Origin: Minisyncoccia bacterium
GTDB lineage: Bacteria > Patescibacteriota > Minisyncoccia > Phycocordibacterales > CAIZLB01
Length of the DNA: 64,000 nt
Direction: 5' to 3'
Assembly: GCA_041752275.1 (NCBI GenBank)
Contig: JBGSHK010000008.1
Location: 70,543 to 134,542 of the forward strand
Under the pieces are notes generated by a model that had not been told where the DNA came from, made no database searches, and worked only from the letters and a program-made list of their open reading frames with translations. Below are positions 46,993-56,392 of this stretch, piece by piece. Each line of letters starts with the position of its first letter. The stretch's first letter is position 1. The translations under genes were made by a program, and so were the position numbers.

Positions 46993-47012
46993 TTTTATGT
47001 TATATTATAAAA

Positions 47013-47486
47013 ATGAAAATAAAACTAAACACAAACAAAGGAACAATAGAATTAGAATTATTTGATCAACTTAAACCTAACACTGTTGCAAACTTCGTTA
47101 AACTGGCAAAAGAAGGGTATTATGATGGTGTAAAATTTCACAGAGTTATAAAAGGTTTTATGATACAAGGTGGGGATCCGCTTACAAAAGACGATTCACA
47201 ATCTTTTGCGTGGGGAACTGGAGGTCCTGGATATATGTTTAATGATGAAATAGGAAGTGAAAATAGTAATGCTCGAGGTACTATATCTATGGCGAATGCT
47301 GGTCCAAACACAAACGGCAGTCAATTTTTCATAAATGTAAATGATAATAATTTTCTAGACCCAAAGCACACAGCTTTTGGAAAAGTTGTAAGTGGTATGG
47401 ATGTTGTTGAGGCTATAGAAAATATCGCTGTTGGAGCAGGAGATAGACCTGTTGAGGCTGTGGTGATAGAGGGTGTAGAGTTGTAA
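47013..47486 (+). CDS. ppiB: Cyclophilin-type peptidyl-prolyl cis-trans isomerase.
   Basis: FHRVIKGFMIQGGDP and MANAGPNTNGSQFFI. I set the start at the internal Met because the upstream ORF extension overlaps the ATPase gene. Confidence 0.85.
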   Translation: MKIKLNTNKGTIELELFDQLKPNTVANFVKLAKEGYYDGVKFHRVIKGFMIQGGDPLTKDDSQSFAWGTGGPGYMFNDEIGSENSNARGTISMANAGPNTNGSQFFINVNDNNFLDPKHTAFGKVVSGMDVVEAIENIAVGAGDRPVEAVVIEGVEL

Positions 47487-47528
47487 GACTGTTTGACTTT
47501 CTCTGTATTTATTATATAATATAGGTAT

Positions 47529-48179
47529 ATGAACTTTGAAACAAATCTCTTCGTTATGAGGGTTTTCTTTATTGCAACCCTTATTATTTTCTTTTCATTC
47601 TTAGAATGGTGGGTACATAGATATCCAATGCATAACAAAAAGTTTAAAAAACTTCCTGTTCTTGGATTACTTTTTGAAAGTCATGTTGGTTCAGGGGGAC
47701 ATCATAGTCGTTATGGCTATTGTCCAAATCATCCCGAGTGTCATGACGAAGATCATGAACATGAACCGATTTTGCAAAAAATTTGGTTTGGGTTTTTGGT
47801 AGCTTTTGCTGGAAGTATTCCTTTCTTTAGTTTGGAAATCCTGACTACTTTTGAATACAATCTTACTGCCATATGCGCTCTTGGAATCTATACCTACTAC
47901 TGGCTCTTTGAGTTAGTACATGTGGCAACACATGATGGAAAGCATTGGCAAAGGGTTTTACTTAAAAAGATTGATTACTTTGATATCATGCTGAGTCATC
48001 ATATGATACACCACACTATCAAGTTCAACATGAACTTTACTTTGGTAAATCATTGGTGTGATTATTTGTTTGATACCAAGTATGAGGCTAAAAAAAGTTC
48101 AGTGTTGATGGTCCGGATTATTACTTGCGTAGTCTTACTTGGACTCTTGATATCATTTCTGACTCTGGTTTACAGGTGA
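47529..48179 (+). CDS. Membrane His-box protein (fatty-acid hydroxylase/desaturase superfamily-like).
   Basis: HRYPMH, HVGSGGHH, HDEDHEH, HVATHDGKH and SHHMIHH histidine clusters with TM helices. Confidence 0.4.
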   Translation: MNFETNLFVMRVFFIATLIIFFSFLEWWVHRYPMHNKKFKKLPVLGLLFESHVGSGGHHSRYGYCPNHPECHDEDHEHEPILQKIWFGFLVAFAGSIPFFSLEILTTFEYNLTAICALGIYTYYWLFELVHVATHDGKHWQRVLLKKIDYFDIMLSHHMIHHTIKFNMNFTLVNHWCDYLFDTKYEAKKSSVLMVRIITCVVLLGLLISFLTLVYR

Positions 48180-48273
48180 GATTTTCACTGCGGCGTGTCC
48201 TTTCGGGGATGCGTCGTTTTTGTATTATTTTAAAAGTTTTGGAAATAAACTCAAGTAGTCTATAATACTCAAC

Positions 48274-49566
48274 ATGACATTAAAATTCGACCCCTACTTA
48301 TTTGAACAAAAAACCATAGACGGAGTTACTGTGCTCTATAAAAAAATAGATACAGCTCCGTGTATACATATAAGACTTGTTTTTGATTTTGGTGCTTTTA
48401 GTGACCTTGAAGGGAAAGAAGGTGTTGCGCACTTTTTAGAACATATGCTACTTAAAGGTTGTGACACATATCCAACAAAAAAAGATGTTAAACAGTTTGG
48501 TAAAAAATACATGTTAAACACTTTAAATGCGGCTACAGGTTTTTTCTCTATGTGGTTAAACGGTAAAACTTTACCAGAAAATTATGAAAAAGTTATAGAG
48601 GGGATGTTTGATATGATATTAACCTCAAAAATAACTCAAAAAGATTTTGATGAAGAAAAACCAGTGATTATAGAAGAAGCTTGGGGAAGGTACAAAAATG
48701 ATAAATATTTAAATTATGTAAAAGAGTTGATAAATAATAATGACACTATACCTGATAGAAAACGTATATCTTCACCTTTAGGTTGGCCTGAAACTATAGA
48801 AAAGTTTACAAGACAAGATATAGTGGATTGTTACAAAAAAAATATAATCAAAGAAAATTTTTCTATTGTAATAGTTGGAAATATAGATGACACACATATA
48901 GATATTTTGGAACAATATATAAAGCAGTTAAAGTCCGGTCAAAAAAACAAAGAGGTGTATATACCAGAATCTTTATTGCCTGACAAAGTTAAACTATTTA
49001 GAAATAAAAGAGTTGATATAGGTTTAGCAGATAAAAATCAAGTTTATTTGGAATACTGTATAAATTTTCCAAGAATAATAAATGATATAAATGCAGATAA
49101 TAAAAACTCTGCAATTGCTCAGGTTTTTAGAGGATTACTACAAGAAGTTTTACATGAAAGATTTAGAATAGACAACAGTTGGTGCTACAGTATCTCAGCA
49201 AGTTTATCCATGCAAAAAGATCTATCGTATCTGTATATATACTCTGATATAAACAAAGATAAAGAGACAGAAGGTTTAAAAATGCTTAATGAAATACTTG
49301 AGGATTTTAAAACAGATAAATATGCTGACAGATTTGAGGATTCAAAGAAAATGCAAATGGACCAGACGGTTTCTGCAGAAAGATTGTCTTTGGACATAGC
49401 AGATGCTGCTTTATGGGATTATGCTAAGCATGGAAAGGTGTACTCTTTGGCTGAGATGTTGCCGTATGTAGAGGCGGTTACATATGATGATATTAAGAAA
49501 TTTGCGGTAGAAAATTTTGTTGAGGAGAGAATTTTTGTTGAGGTGTTGTTGCCGAGTGGGGAATAG
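48274..49566 (+). CDS. M16-family (pitrilysin/insulinase-like) zinc peptidase.
   Basis: Inverted zinc motif HFLEHMLLKG (HxxEH). Confidence 0.7.
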   Translation: MTLKFDPYLFEQKTIDGVTVLYKKIDTAPCIHIRLVFDFGAFSDLEGKEGVAHFLEHMLLKGCDTYPTKKDVKQFGKKYMLNTLNAATGFFSMWLNGKTLPENYEKVIEGMFDMILTSKITQKDFDEEKPVIIEEAWGRYKNDKYLNYVKELINNNDTIPDRKRISSPLGWPETIEKFTRQDIVDCYKKNIIKENFSIVIVGNIDDTHIDILEQYIKQLKSGQKNKEVYIPESLLPDKVKLFRNKRVDIGLADKNQVYLEYCINFPRIINDINADNKNSAIAQVFRGLLQEVLHERFRIDNSWCYSISASLSMQKDLSYLYIYSDINKDKETEGLKMLNEILEDFKTDKYADRFEDSKKMQMDQTVSAERLSLDIADAALWDYAKHGKVYSLAEMLPYVEAVTYDDIKKFAVENFVEERIFVEVLLPSGE

Positions 49567-49624
49567 TAAGTAGGTGCTACAGATATTGTATTGTTGTGGT
49601 ATAATCATTATATGAGATATATAT

Positions 49625-49951
49625 ATGAAAAAAATAGAGTTTACAGATAATCAAAAAGAGGTTGTGAAAAAATTTGATTTAGATATCAAAGAATGTCTTT
49701 TTTTGTTGAAAAAAAACCAAGAAGAAGCTAGAGATTTTTTTAATTCGGAAATATATTTTAAATATAAGGATTATATATTTAATAGTGATGGATTTATGAG
49801 TAAATTTCAATTATCAATAATTGAAATGGATGAATATTTTAATAATGAAGGTGCAAAAGTTGCAATGTTGTATAGCACTGAAAAAAATTTTATTCTAAAT
49901 ATAGATAAAGAAGAAGAATATGTGTCTGCTATAAAAGAGTTTTTTGAATGA
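49625..49951 (+). CDS. Hypothetical small acidic protein.
   Basis: 108-aa ORF followed by a hairpin plus T-run at 49966-50002. Confidence 0.3.
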   Translation: MKKIEFTDNQKEVVKKFDLDIKECLFLLKKNQEEARDFFNSEIYFKYKDYIFNSDGFMSKFQLSIIEMDEYFNNEGAKVAMLYSTEKNFILNIDKEEEYVSAIKEFFE

Positions 49952-49965
49952 GATATATTATTAAA

Positions 49966-50002
49966 ATATACCACCGCAAGCAATGGTATATGTGAGTTTT
50001 TT
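49966..50002 (+). terminator. Rho-independent terminator.
   Basis: ATATACCA / TGGTATAT stem followed by GTGAGTTTTTT. Confidence 0.55.
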
Positions 50003-50269
50003 AGATGTAATTTAAATTACGATTTATTTTTTTTATTGTAGCTTCTGTCGGAAGAGTTATCTCCGCCACGATATTCCTTATATTCTCCATAAGATTATCC
50101 TCTCAACAACTAGAGCAACTTTTTCGTCAGTGTCAATTATTATTGCCTTACCAGTTAATCTATCAACATAATCGACATCTAGACTTAATTTTAACAAATA
50201 ATTTCTCAGTCTTTACTTATTAATTAGATATTTTTTATTTTTTTATGCTAGAATAACATTAAATAACTT

Positions 50270-51532
50270 ATGAAAGAAATAATCACACATTCACCAATTC
50301 AGGTCAGACCAATGGAGAATATTACCCATGAAAGATTACTTAGCTTACTTTCGGCTGAATCAGCTAATAATCTTTTAGAAGCACTCACGGAACAAGACAG
50401 AACACGTTTAGATGTGTGGAATACTTATCTTAAAAATGAGACTTTCGATGATCTATCTGAAGAGGGTAGAGATAAATTAATAACAGAATTAATTGACACC
50501 CGATACTCAATACTTGCAGATAATTATGATATTAAAATTGATAAAAGATTAGTTTTAAGAGACGATAAAGAAAACTACATTCATACATTAAAAGAAATAA
50601 TCTCTAGATTGTTTGACGAAAAAGTTTTAATAGTTAAACCTGAAAATTTTCATATATGTAAAAATTGTTCTTTTATTATTGCACCCAAAGATGCGAAAAT
50701 AACCGCCTGTCCCGACTGTTCATCTACAGATTTAAGCACAGTAGAAAAGAACGGAATGTTTTTAAATGTTGATACAGGTAAAATGTCTGAATTTGAAACC
50801 AGAGGGTTTGATGTGCTATCTGCAGAAGGGAGAAATAGAGTTAAATCTGCTATGTTGATGATGCCACTTGTAGTTAGTGTTGCAAAACATAGAGAACATG
50901 GTGTTTCTTTAGAAGAATTTGGTGTTAGTCCAGAATTTAAACTAGACCCAAAGATTTCTATAGCACTATCTGGAGCAGTTGCCAGAGAGGCGGGGATTGG
51001 AGAAGTCGGAATTTCTATACAAGGTATTGATTCATTAAAAAACAATGTTCCCTTTACTCTTTTATTAGACCCTGATACACAAACTAAATTTCTTAATATA
51101 GGAATGGTCCCTACTTTTTCAACCCCTGAATTAGAAAAATATAGCTCTTTATTTTATTTTCCTTTTTTAGCTTTGGTAATTGCCGGTAAATCAAAAAAAA
51201 TGAGTAGTGATGAAATTCAATTACAGTTAAAGCAATTTGAAAAAACAAGGACAAAGCTATCATCCTGTGTAGAGGCGCTGAGAAAAACAACAGAGACCTA
51301 TGCTGCAGGAAATATAAGTCTTACAAAAGATGAAATGAATAGACTTTCAGATACTCTTAAAGATGATTTAAAAGATGGTAAATTTAAACACGCTGTTGAA
51401 GCCATGCATAGTTTTATTTTTGATTGGCTTTCTCGTGTATATATAAATCAATGTAAAGATTCTGGGTCTAGAGCAGATCCTGAACTGCTTCAATACATAG
51501 AAAAGATTCTTTCGCCAATTTTTAAAAAATAG
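50270..51532 (+). CDS. Hypothetical protein with an internal CxxC...CxxC zinc ribbon.
   Basis: CKNCSF...CPDCSS. No other recognised domain. Confidence 0.4.
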   Translation: MKEIITHSPIQVRPMENITHERLLSLLSAESANNLLEALTEQDRTRLDVWNTYLKNETFDDLSEEGRDKLITELIDTRYSILADNYDIKIDKRLVLRDDKENYIHTLKEIISRLFDEKVLIVKPENFHICKNCSFIIAPKDAKITACPDCSSTDLSTVEKNGMFLNVDTGKMSEFETRGFDVLSAEGRNRVKSAMLMMPLVVSVAKHREHGVSLEEFGVSPEFKLDPKISIALSGAVAREAGIGEVGISIQGIDSLKNNVPFTLLLDPDTQTKFLNIGMVPTFSTPELEKYSSLFYFPFLALVIAGKSKKMSSDEIQLQLKQFEKTRTKLSSCVEALRKTTETYAAGNISLTKDEMNRLSDTLKDDLKDGKFKHAVEAMHSFIFDWLSRVYINQCKDSGSRADPELLQYIEKILSPIFKK

Positions 51533-51542
51533 TAAAGTTATT

Positions 51543-52292
51543 TTAAACAGATTTTTTTAAATATTCTAAATCTTCCGGTGTGTTAATGGTTAATATCTCA
51601 TCTTTGTCAACGATTTCAAAAGAAACATTTTTGAATTGATTGATTGCTACTTCAATTATCCTGCTAACTGCATATTCACCATTTGGCAGTTGTGGTATCA
51701 AATGTTTATTGTTCTCAAAATAATATTTATTTAAACAAATTATTCCTGTACCAGATAAGTGTCCATATTCACCAATTTCTTCTTTATTTACAGGTCTGAC
51801 ACCTAAAACTCTTTTTTTATCTGTTAGATATCCAACCTTATGTAACCCTTCATTAAACTCTCTTGTTAAAAGTAAACTAACCATAGCTTTTGTGCTTGTG
51901 TGTGTTTTAATTAACCTCTCTAATGTTTGAGGTTTAAGAAACCAGCCATTATCAGCAGGTAAAACTAAAACTAGATCAGTATTATTTGAAATTTTATTCA
52001 TTCCTGAAACAACAGCACCTAAAGTACCGTCTAAAATTTCCTGTATGGCAAATAAAATATTTGACAAATGATTTAAATTTTTTTTTACATGGTCTTCAAC
52101 ATCTTTAGATTTATAACCAATTACAATTATAATATTTTCAATTTTTAATTTGCTTACCGTATTAATAATTTTAACTAGAATAGATTGATTCTTAATTGTT
52201 GTAAGTGGTTTAGGAATTTGCCCACCCAATCTAGTACCTTTTCCTGCGGCCATTATTATTACAGATGTTTTTTTATCATTAATCATAGACAT
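51543..52292 (-). CDS. IspD/TarI/LicC-like cytidylyltransferase (NTP_transferase fold).
   Basis: N-terminal VIIMAAGKGTRLGGQIPKPL matches the AAG.G.R...PKQ signature. Overlaps the upstream gene by 14 nt, so probably one operon. Confidence 0.6.
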   Translation of the reverse strand: MSMINDKKTSVIIMAAGKGTRLGGQIPKPLTTIKNQSILVKIINTVSKLKIENIIIVIGYKSKDVEDHVKKNLNHLSNILFAIQEILDGTLGAVVSGMNKISNNTDLVLVLPADNGWFLKPQTLERLIKTHTSTKAMVSLLLTREFNEGLHKVGYLTDKKRVLGVRPVNKEEIGEYGHLSGTGIICLNKYYFENNKHLIPQLPNGEYAVSRIIEVAINQFKNVSFEIVDKDEILTINTPEDLEYLKKSV

Positions 52293-54594
52293 TATTCAAT
52301 AATACAGAAATATTTCTATTTAATAAAGTTGCAATTTCTTCTATCTTTGATTCTTTTGATGATTTTTCTAAATTGTTAATTATCTTAGAATACAAGTTTA
52401 ACATATCAAAAATTGCCATAATAATCGACTCTTTTGCAACTTCTTTATTGTAAATTTTCTCAACTTTTTTAATAATAAAATCTAATTCTTTATTTAAAAT
52501 ATTTGAATTTACTAAAATGATTCTTGATAAGAATTTTCCAATATCACAGCTATGTTTTCCTAATGCAAGCATTGGGTCAAGAAGGGTAAATTTATTTTCC
52601 AATTTAGAATAAATTATATTTTCAGGTTTAAAGTCACCAAAAATAATATCACACTTATTAAGTAGTTCAGGTTTTTCTTCTAGAATAGAATTTAGTTTAT
52701 TAATAATTTCTTTTAATTTATTTACTTCATCAGTATTACTTAAACCTAAATAATTTGGTAGGGATAATAATTTAAAATTTCTGGCACAATGATAATTTAA
52801 ATCATCAGTCTCAATTAATAAATTAGAGTCTACAGGGATATTTGTCAACAAATGGTGGGTATTTTTAAGTACGTCTAGAGTCTCAGAAACCATAGATATT
52901 GTTTCTGGGTTATATGATTTTATAATATTATCTAAGACTTCACCCTCAACTTGATCCATAAGTATCGCTGTACCATCTTCAATTAACTTAATATTTTTTG
53001 GTACATTAACACCGATTTTTGAAAGTTCAAAAAGCTGACTAGCATGTGTATTTATTCTTTTAATATCTCTAACCTGTTCTTTGGAGTCACTAAAATACAT
53101 TTTAAGTATCTTTCGGGTCACGTTCGACAATACAACTTTACTTTTTTCAGGAGTACCTATTCTGAATACTTTATCACTTAAATCGAGACCATACTGACCG
53201 TAATTTATATTAAGAATTTTCTCTTCCTCTTTGAGGATAATTTCCATTGTGTTTAAAATCACCAACCATTCCTGATCAATTATTTTTTCTTGACCACCAT
53301 TTAATATTTTTCTTGATAATTCTAACGCTTTTATTATTTCCTTGTCTTTTGATTTATCTAACCACCGATCCAGATCATTCATATCTATATTATTAATATT
53401 CCTAATATGTAAAAGATAGAAAACCGATATAGAAAATAATTTTGCAAATCTTCTCATCTGCTCATCTGAATTATTTAATCTTGAAATCTTCTTTTCACAT
53501 TCTCTGTAGTTTATTAAACTAGCCCTGTAACAATCATACTTAATATCTTGCACACTAACATCAATTTTAATTTTCTTTTTATCTATTGAAAAGAAGTGTT
53601 GATTTACTCCATGTGCTAAAATTGGACCTCGATTGAATCTCGAGATTTTTTCACTTAGTAAATCACTTAAATTATTAATACTTAAATCTAATTTAGTATC
53701 AAATTGTTCCTTAAACCTAAGTTGTAAATCACTTAATTCGGAAAAATGTGCTAGATACCCATCTGATAGAATATATAAATCGATATCGGAACAACCATTC
53801 TTAAAGAAGTGTGTGATTTGTGAACTACCCCAGATAAACATGTAAGTATCACTACCTAGAAGACCTATAACTCGCTCTCTCGCTATAAAACTTAAAAGAA
53901 CATTTCTAATAGGATTAGAATAATAAGTATCGATTCTGTGATCACCTTCATTCATTTCAATTGAAAATATAACACCTTGCCCATACAGATCTTTGTATTC
54001 CTGAATAGATTTAGACAGTTTAGATACATCAAGAGCACTATCATTTTTGGAATAAAATAAACTAATCGGCAAACCTGTTTTAACTAGTACATCTAAACCA
54101 TCAAAACAGTATCTCGGTTTCATTAGATCTTGGAGTTCAAAGTTCATTGATTCAGCGGGTTTGCAATTTCCTTCAGACACTAAAAATTTTATTGAATCAT
54201 TAAAGTCTTCATGAATCCAATCTGAACCAAGTCCAAAAACTGGGGAGAATAAGCTTACTCCTTTTAAATACTTATACTTAGATAAATCAATTTTTTGTAT
54301 AATTAAAGACGAGAACGAATAAGCTATTATAACAAATGACTTTTCAGAACTTTCTAGACTCTGTAGTAATAGTTCGATATTTTTGACTGTGTTTGTGACT
54401 GAAAATTCACCAATCTCTTCATATAGTCCAGGATGTCGGTATTCGTGAACAGTAAGACCTTTACCTCTAAGATCTGTCATGAATAAAAAATCTTTTTTTC
54501 TACCAGGAACACCTGGCAAGAAAACATATTCCACAGTCTCATTGTTTTTTTTCATATTTGAATATATTCTACTACGAAAATTACTACTTAGCAA
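52279..54594 (-). CDS. Three-domain protein: alpha/beta-hydrolase-like N-domain, minimal nucleotidyltransferase (pol-beta superfamily) domain, and a C-terminal APH/choline-kinase-like phosphotransferase.
   Basis: IAYSFSS nucleophile-elbow-like segment. NTase motif GSSQITHFFKNGCSDIDLYIL. Kinase Brenner motif IIFGDFKPENII and downstream LLDP. Confidence 0.55.
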   Translation of the reverse strand: MLSSNFRSRIYSNMKKNNETVEYVFLPGVPGRKKDFLFMTDLRGKGLTVHEYRHPGLYEEIGEFSVTNTVKNIELLLQSLESSEKSFVIIAYSFSSLIIQKIDLSKYKYLKGVSLFSPVFGLGSDWIHEDFNDSIKFLVSEGNCKPAESMNFELQDLMKPRYCFDGLDVLVKTGLPISLFYSKNDSALDVSKLSKSIQEYKDLYGQGVIFSIEMNEGDHRIDTYYSNPIRNVLLSFIARERVIGLLGSDTYMFIWGSSQITHFFKNGCSDIDLYILSDGYLAHFSELSDLQLRFKEQFDTKLDLSINNLSDLLSEKISRFNRGPILAHGVNQHFFSIDKKKIKIDVSVQDIKYDCYRASLINYRECEKKISRLNNSDEQMRRFAKLFSISVFYLLHIRNINNIDMNDLDRWLDKSKDKEIIKALELSRKILNGGQEKIIDQEWLVILNTMEIILKEEEKILNINYGQYGLDLSDKVFRIGTPEKSKVVLSNVTRKILKMYFSDSKEQVRDIKRINTHASQLFELSKIGVNVPKNIKLIEDGTAILMDQVEGEVLDNIIKSYNPETISMVSETLDVLKNTHHLLTNIPVDSNLLIETDDLNYHCARNFKLLSLPNYLGLSNTDEVNKLKEIINKLNSILEEKPELLNKCDIIFGDFKPENIIYSKLENKFTLLDPMLALGKHSCDIGKFLSRIILVNSNILNKELDFIIKKVEKIYNKEVAKESIIMAIFDMLNLYSKIINNLEKSSKESKIEEIATLLNRNISVLLNNVYD

Positions 54595-54639
54595 CTCAGG
54601 GTGTTTTACATACTTTGTTCTGGGTGATAAAATAATCCA

Positions 54640-55266
54640 ATGAATAAAGTTATTTTAATCAGACACGCTGAAAGCGAAAGTAATATAGGTATAGTATTTA
54701 GACATCAAAATATTATAAAAATAACTGAAAATGGTATTAAACAAGCAAATGATTTGCTTGAGATACTTGATAAGCCAGATAAAATTATCTGTTCTAAGTA
54801 TTTACGAACTATCGAAACAGCAGAGCCTATGATGTTAAAGTTTCCAGAAGTAGAAACGCATATTTGGATAGACATACATGAGTTTAAACCTGTAAATACA
54901 GACAAACATGTTGGAATAACAAGAGAAATAAGAGATAGTTTTGCAAAAGAGTATTGGGATAAAATAGATCCTATCTACTGTGACGGTGGAGATGCTGAAA
55001 GTTTTAAAGACTTTGTAAACAGAGCTAATCAATCAATTATAAAAATGAAAAATCTCAAGGGAGTTAATTATATTTTTTCACATGAAAACTTTATTCGCTG
55101 TGTTTTGATTTTATTAAATGAATTTAAAGAATTTAATAATGAAGAAAAAACAAAAGATTTATATGAACGTATAATGAAAAAATTCACTGAATCATATAAG
55201 ACAAGTGAACCATCTATTAAAAATACTGATGTTTTTGATGTGTCTGGTTTACTTATAGAGTATTAA
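54640..55266 (+). CDS. Histidine phosphatase superfamily (phosphoglycerate mutase-like) protein.
   Basis: N-terminal ILIRHAESESN (RHG-type catalytic His motif). Confidence 0.6.
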   Translation: MNKVILIRHAESESNIGIVFRHQNIIKITENGIKQANDLLEILDKPDKIICSKYLRTIETAEPMMLKFPEVETHIWIDIHEFKPVNTDKHVGITREIRDSFAKEYWDKIDPIYCDGGDAESFKDFVNRANQSIIKMKNLKGVNYIFSHENFIRCVLILLNEFKEFNNEEKTKDLYERIMKKFTESYKTSEPSIKNTDVFDVSGLLIEY

Positions 55267-55348
55267 ACGTTTTATTTTTTTGTAGTAATATATTATATTC
55301 TAAATCAAAATACCACCCCATCAAATTTTATGCTAAAATAAACCCATT

Positions 55349-56392
55349 ATGTTCACAGACTTACTTTCACTTATATTTAACAGAAACCTATCGACAAGAA
55401 AAATAGAATTTGCTTTTATAGTCCACCCCAGAAACACATATGACATTTTTCGTAAATACAAATTACTAAAAATATTTCCCAAAAAGGTTGTTGATTTATT
55501 TCTACTAATAATGTGGCCGACATACGGGGGAAGTATAAAAATTGATCAAGGTGAAAAAGGTACTAAGTGGGGAGCAATTATAATAAGTCCTTTGACAGGT
55601 AAACAGATGTTAAGATACAGAAAACTAGCTGCAAACACTGTGTTTATGGCTAGTAAGCTGGCTAAAATATATGGTTCAAAAGTTATAGGATTAGGTGCAC
55701 TTACGTCAGTTGTCACAGACGGGGGAATATATGTGAGTGATAAACTAAAAGGTTTACATTTTACATCAGGTAACGGCTTAACTGCAGCAACAACATCAAA
55801 CGATATTTTAAGAATAATAAAAGATAAAAATATTACAGGACCGATATCTGTTATTGGTGCCACTGGATCAATAGGAAAGGGTATAACAAAAGTTTTGGAT
55901 GAAGGTTGTAAAAATGATTTGATATTAATCGGAAAAAATAAAGAAAGAACAATTGGTCTGGCTCATGAGTTGTCAAGAAATAATGTTATTTGTACAACTG
56001 ACATAGAAGAAAATAACAAAGCTGAAATAGTTATTGTTACAACAAGTGCAAATGGAGCAATAATTGATCATCATTTATTAAAAAATGCTAAAATAATATA
56101 TGATATAACTCAGCCAAAAAATACTCCTGATCACATAATGGAAGGTGATGCTATATCATATATAGATGGTGGCTTAATACAGTTACCTGAAAATATCAGA
56201 ATAGGTATGGACATAAGTTTACCAAAAGGAATTGCTTTTTCTTGTCTTTCTGAAACCCTGCTTATAGCCATATCAGAAAAATATTACCTAAAATCAGAAA
56301 AAGATTTAAAAATTGAAAACATTAAAGAATTGTCTAAATTAGCAATGGAAAATAATTTTAATTCTTATTTAATCCAAAATGGAAATAAATAA
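55349..56392 (+). CDS. NAD(P)-binding oxidoreductase, acyl-ACP reductase (AAR)-like / amino-acid dehydrogenase-like.
   Basis: Rossmann motif VIGATGSIGKGITKVL at mid-protein. AAR-like length and layout. Confidence 0.4.
   Translation: MFTDLLSLIFNRNLSTRKIEFAFIVHPRNTYDIFRKYKLLKIFPKKVVDLFLLIMWPTYGGSIKIDQGEKGTKWGAIIISPLTGKQMLRYRKLAANTVFMASKLAKIYGSKVIGLGALTSVVTDGGIYVSDKLKGLHFTSGNGLTAATTSNDILRIIKDKNITGPISVIGATGSIGKGITKVLDEGCKNDLILIGKNKERTIGLAHELSRNNVICTTDIEENNKAEIVIVTTSANGAIIDHHLLKNAKIIYDITQPKNTPDHIMEGDAISYIDGGLIQLPENIRIGMDISLPKGIAFSCLSETLLIAISEKYYLKSEKDLKIENIKELSKLAMENNFNSYLIQNGNK

Noticed and set aside
46854-47012. 5' extension of the cyclophilin ORF back to 46854
   Set aside because: The extension overlaps the 3' part of the minus-strand P-type ATPase gene and encodes low-complexity sequence. 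The conserved cyclophilin domain begins at the Met at 47013.
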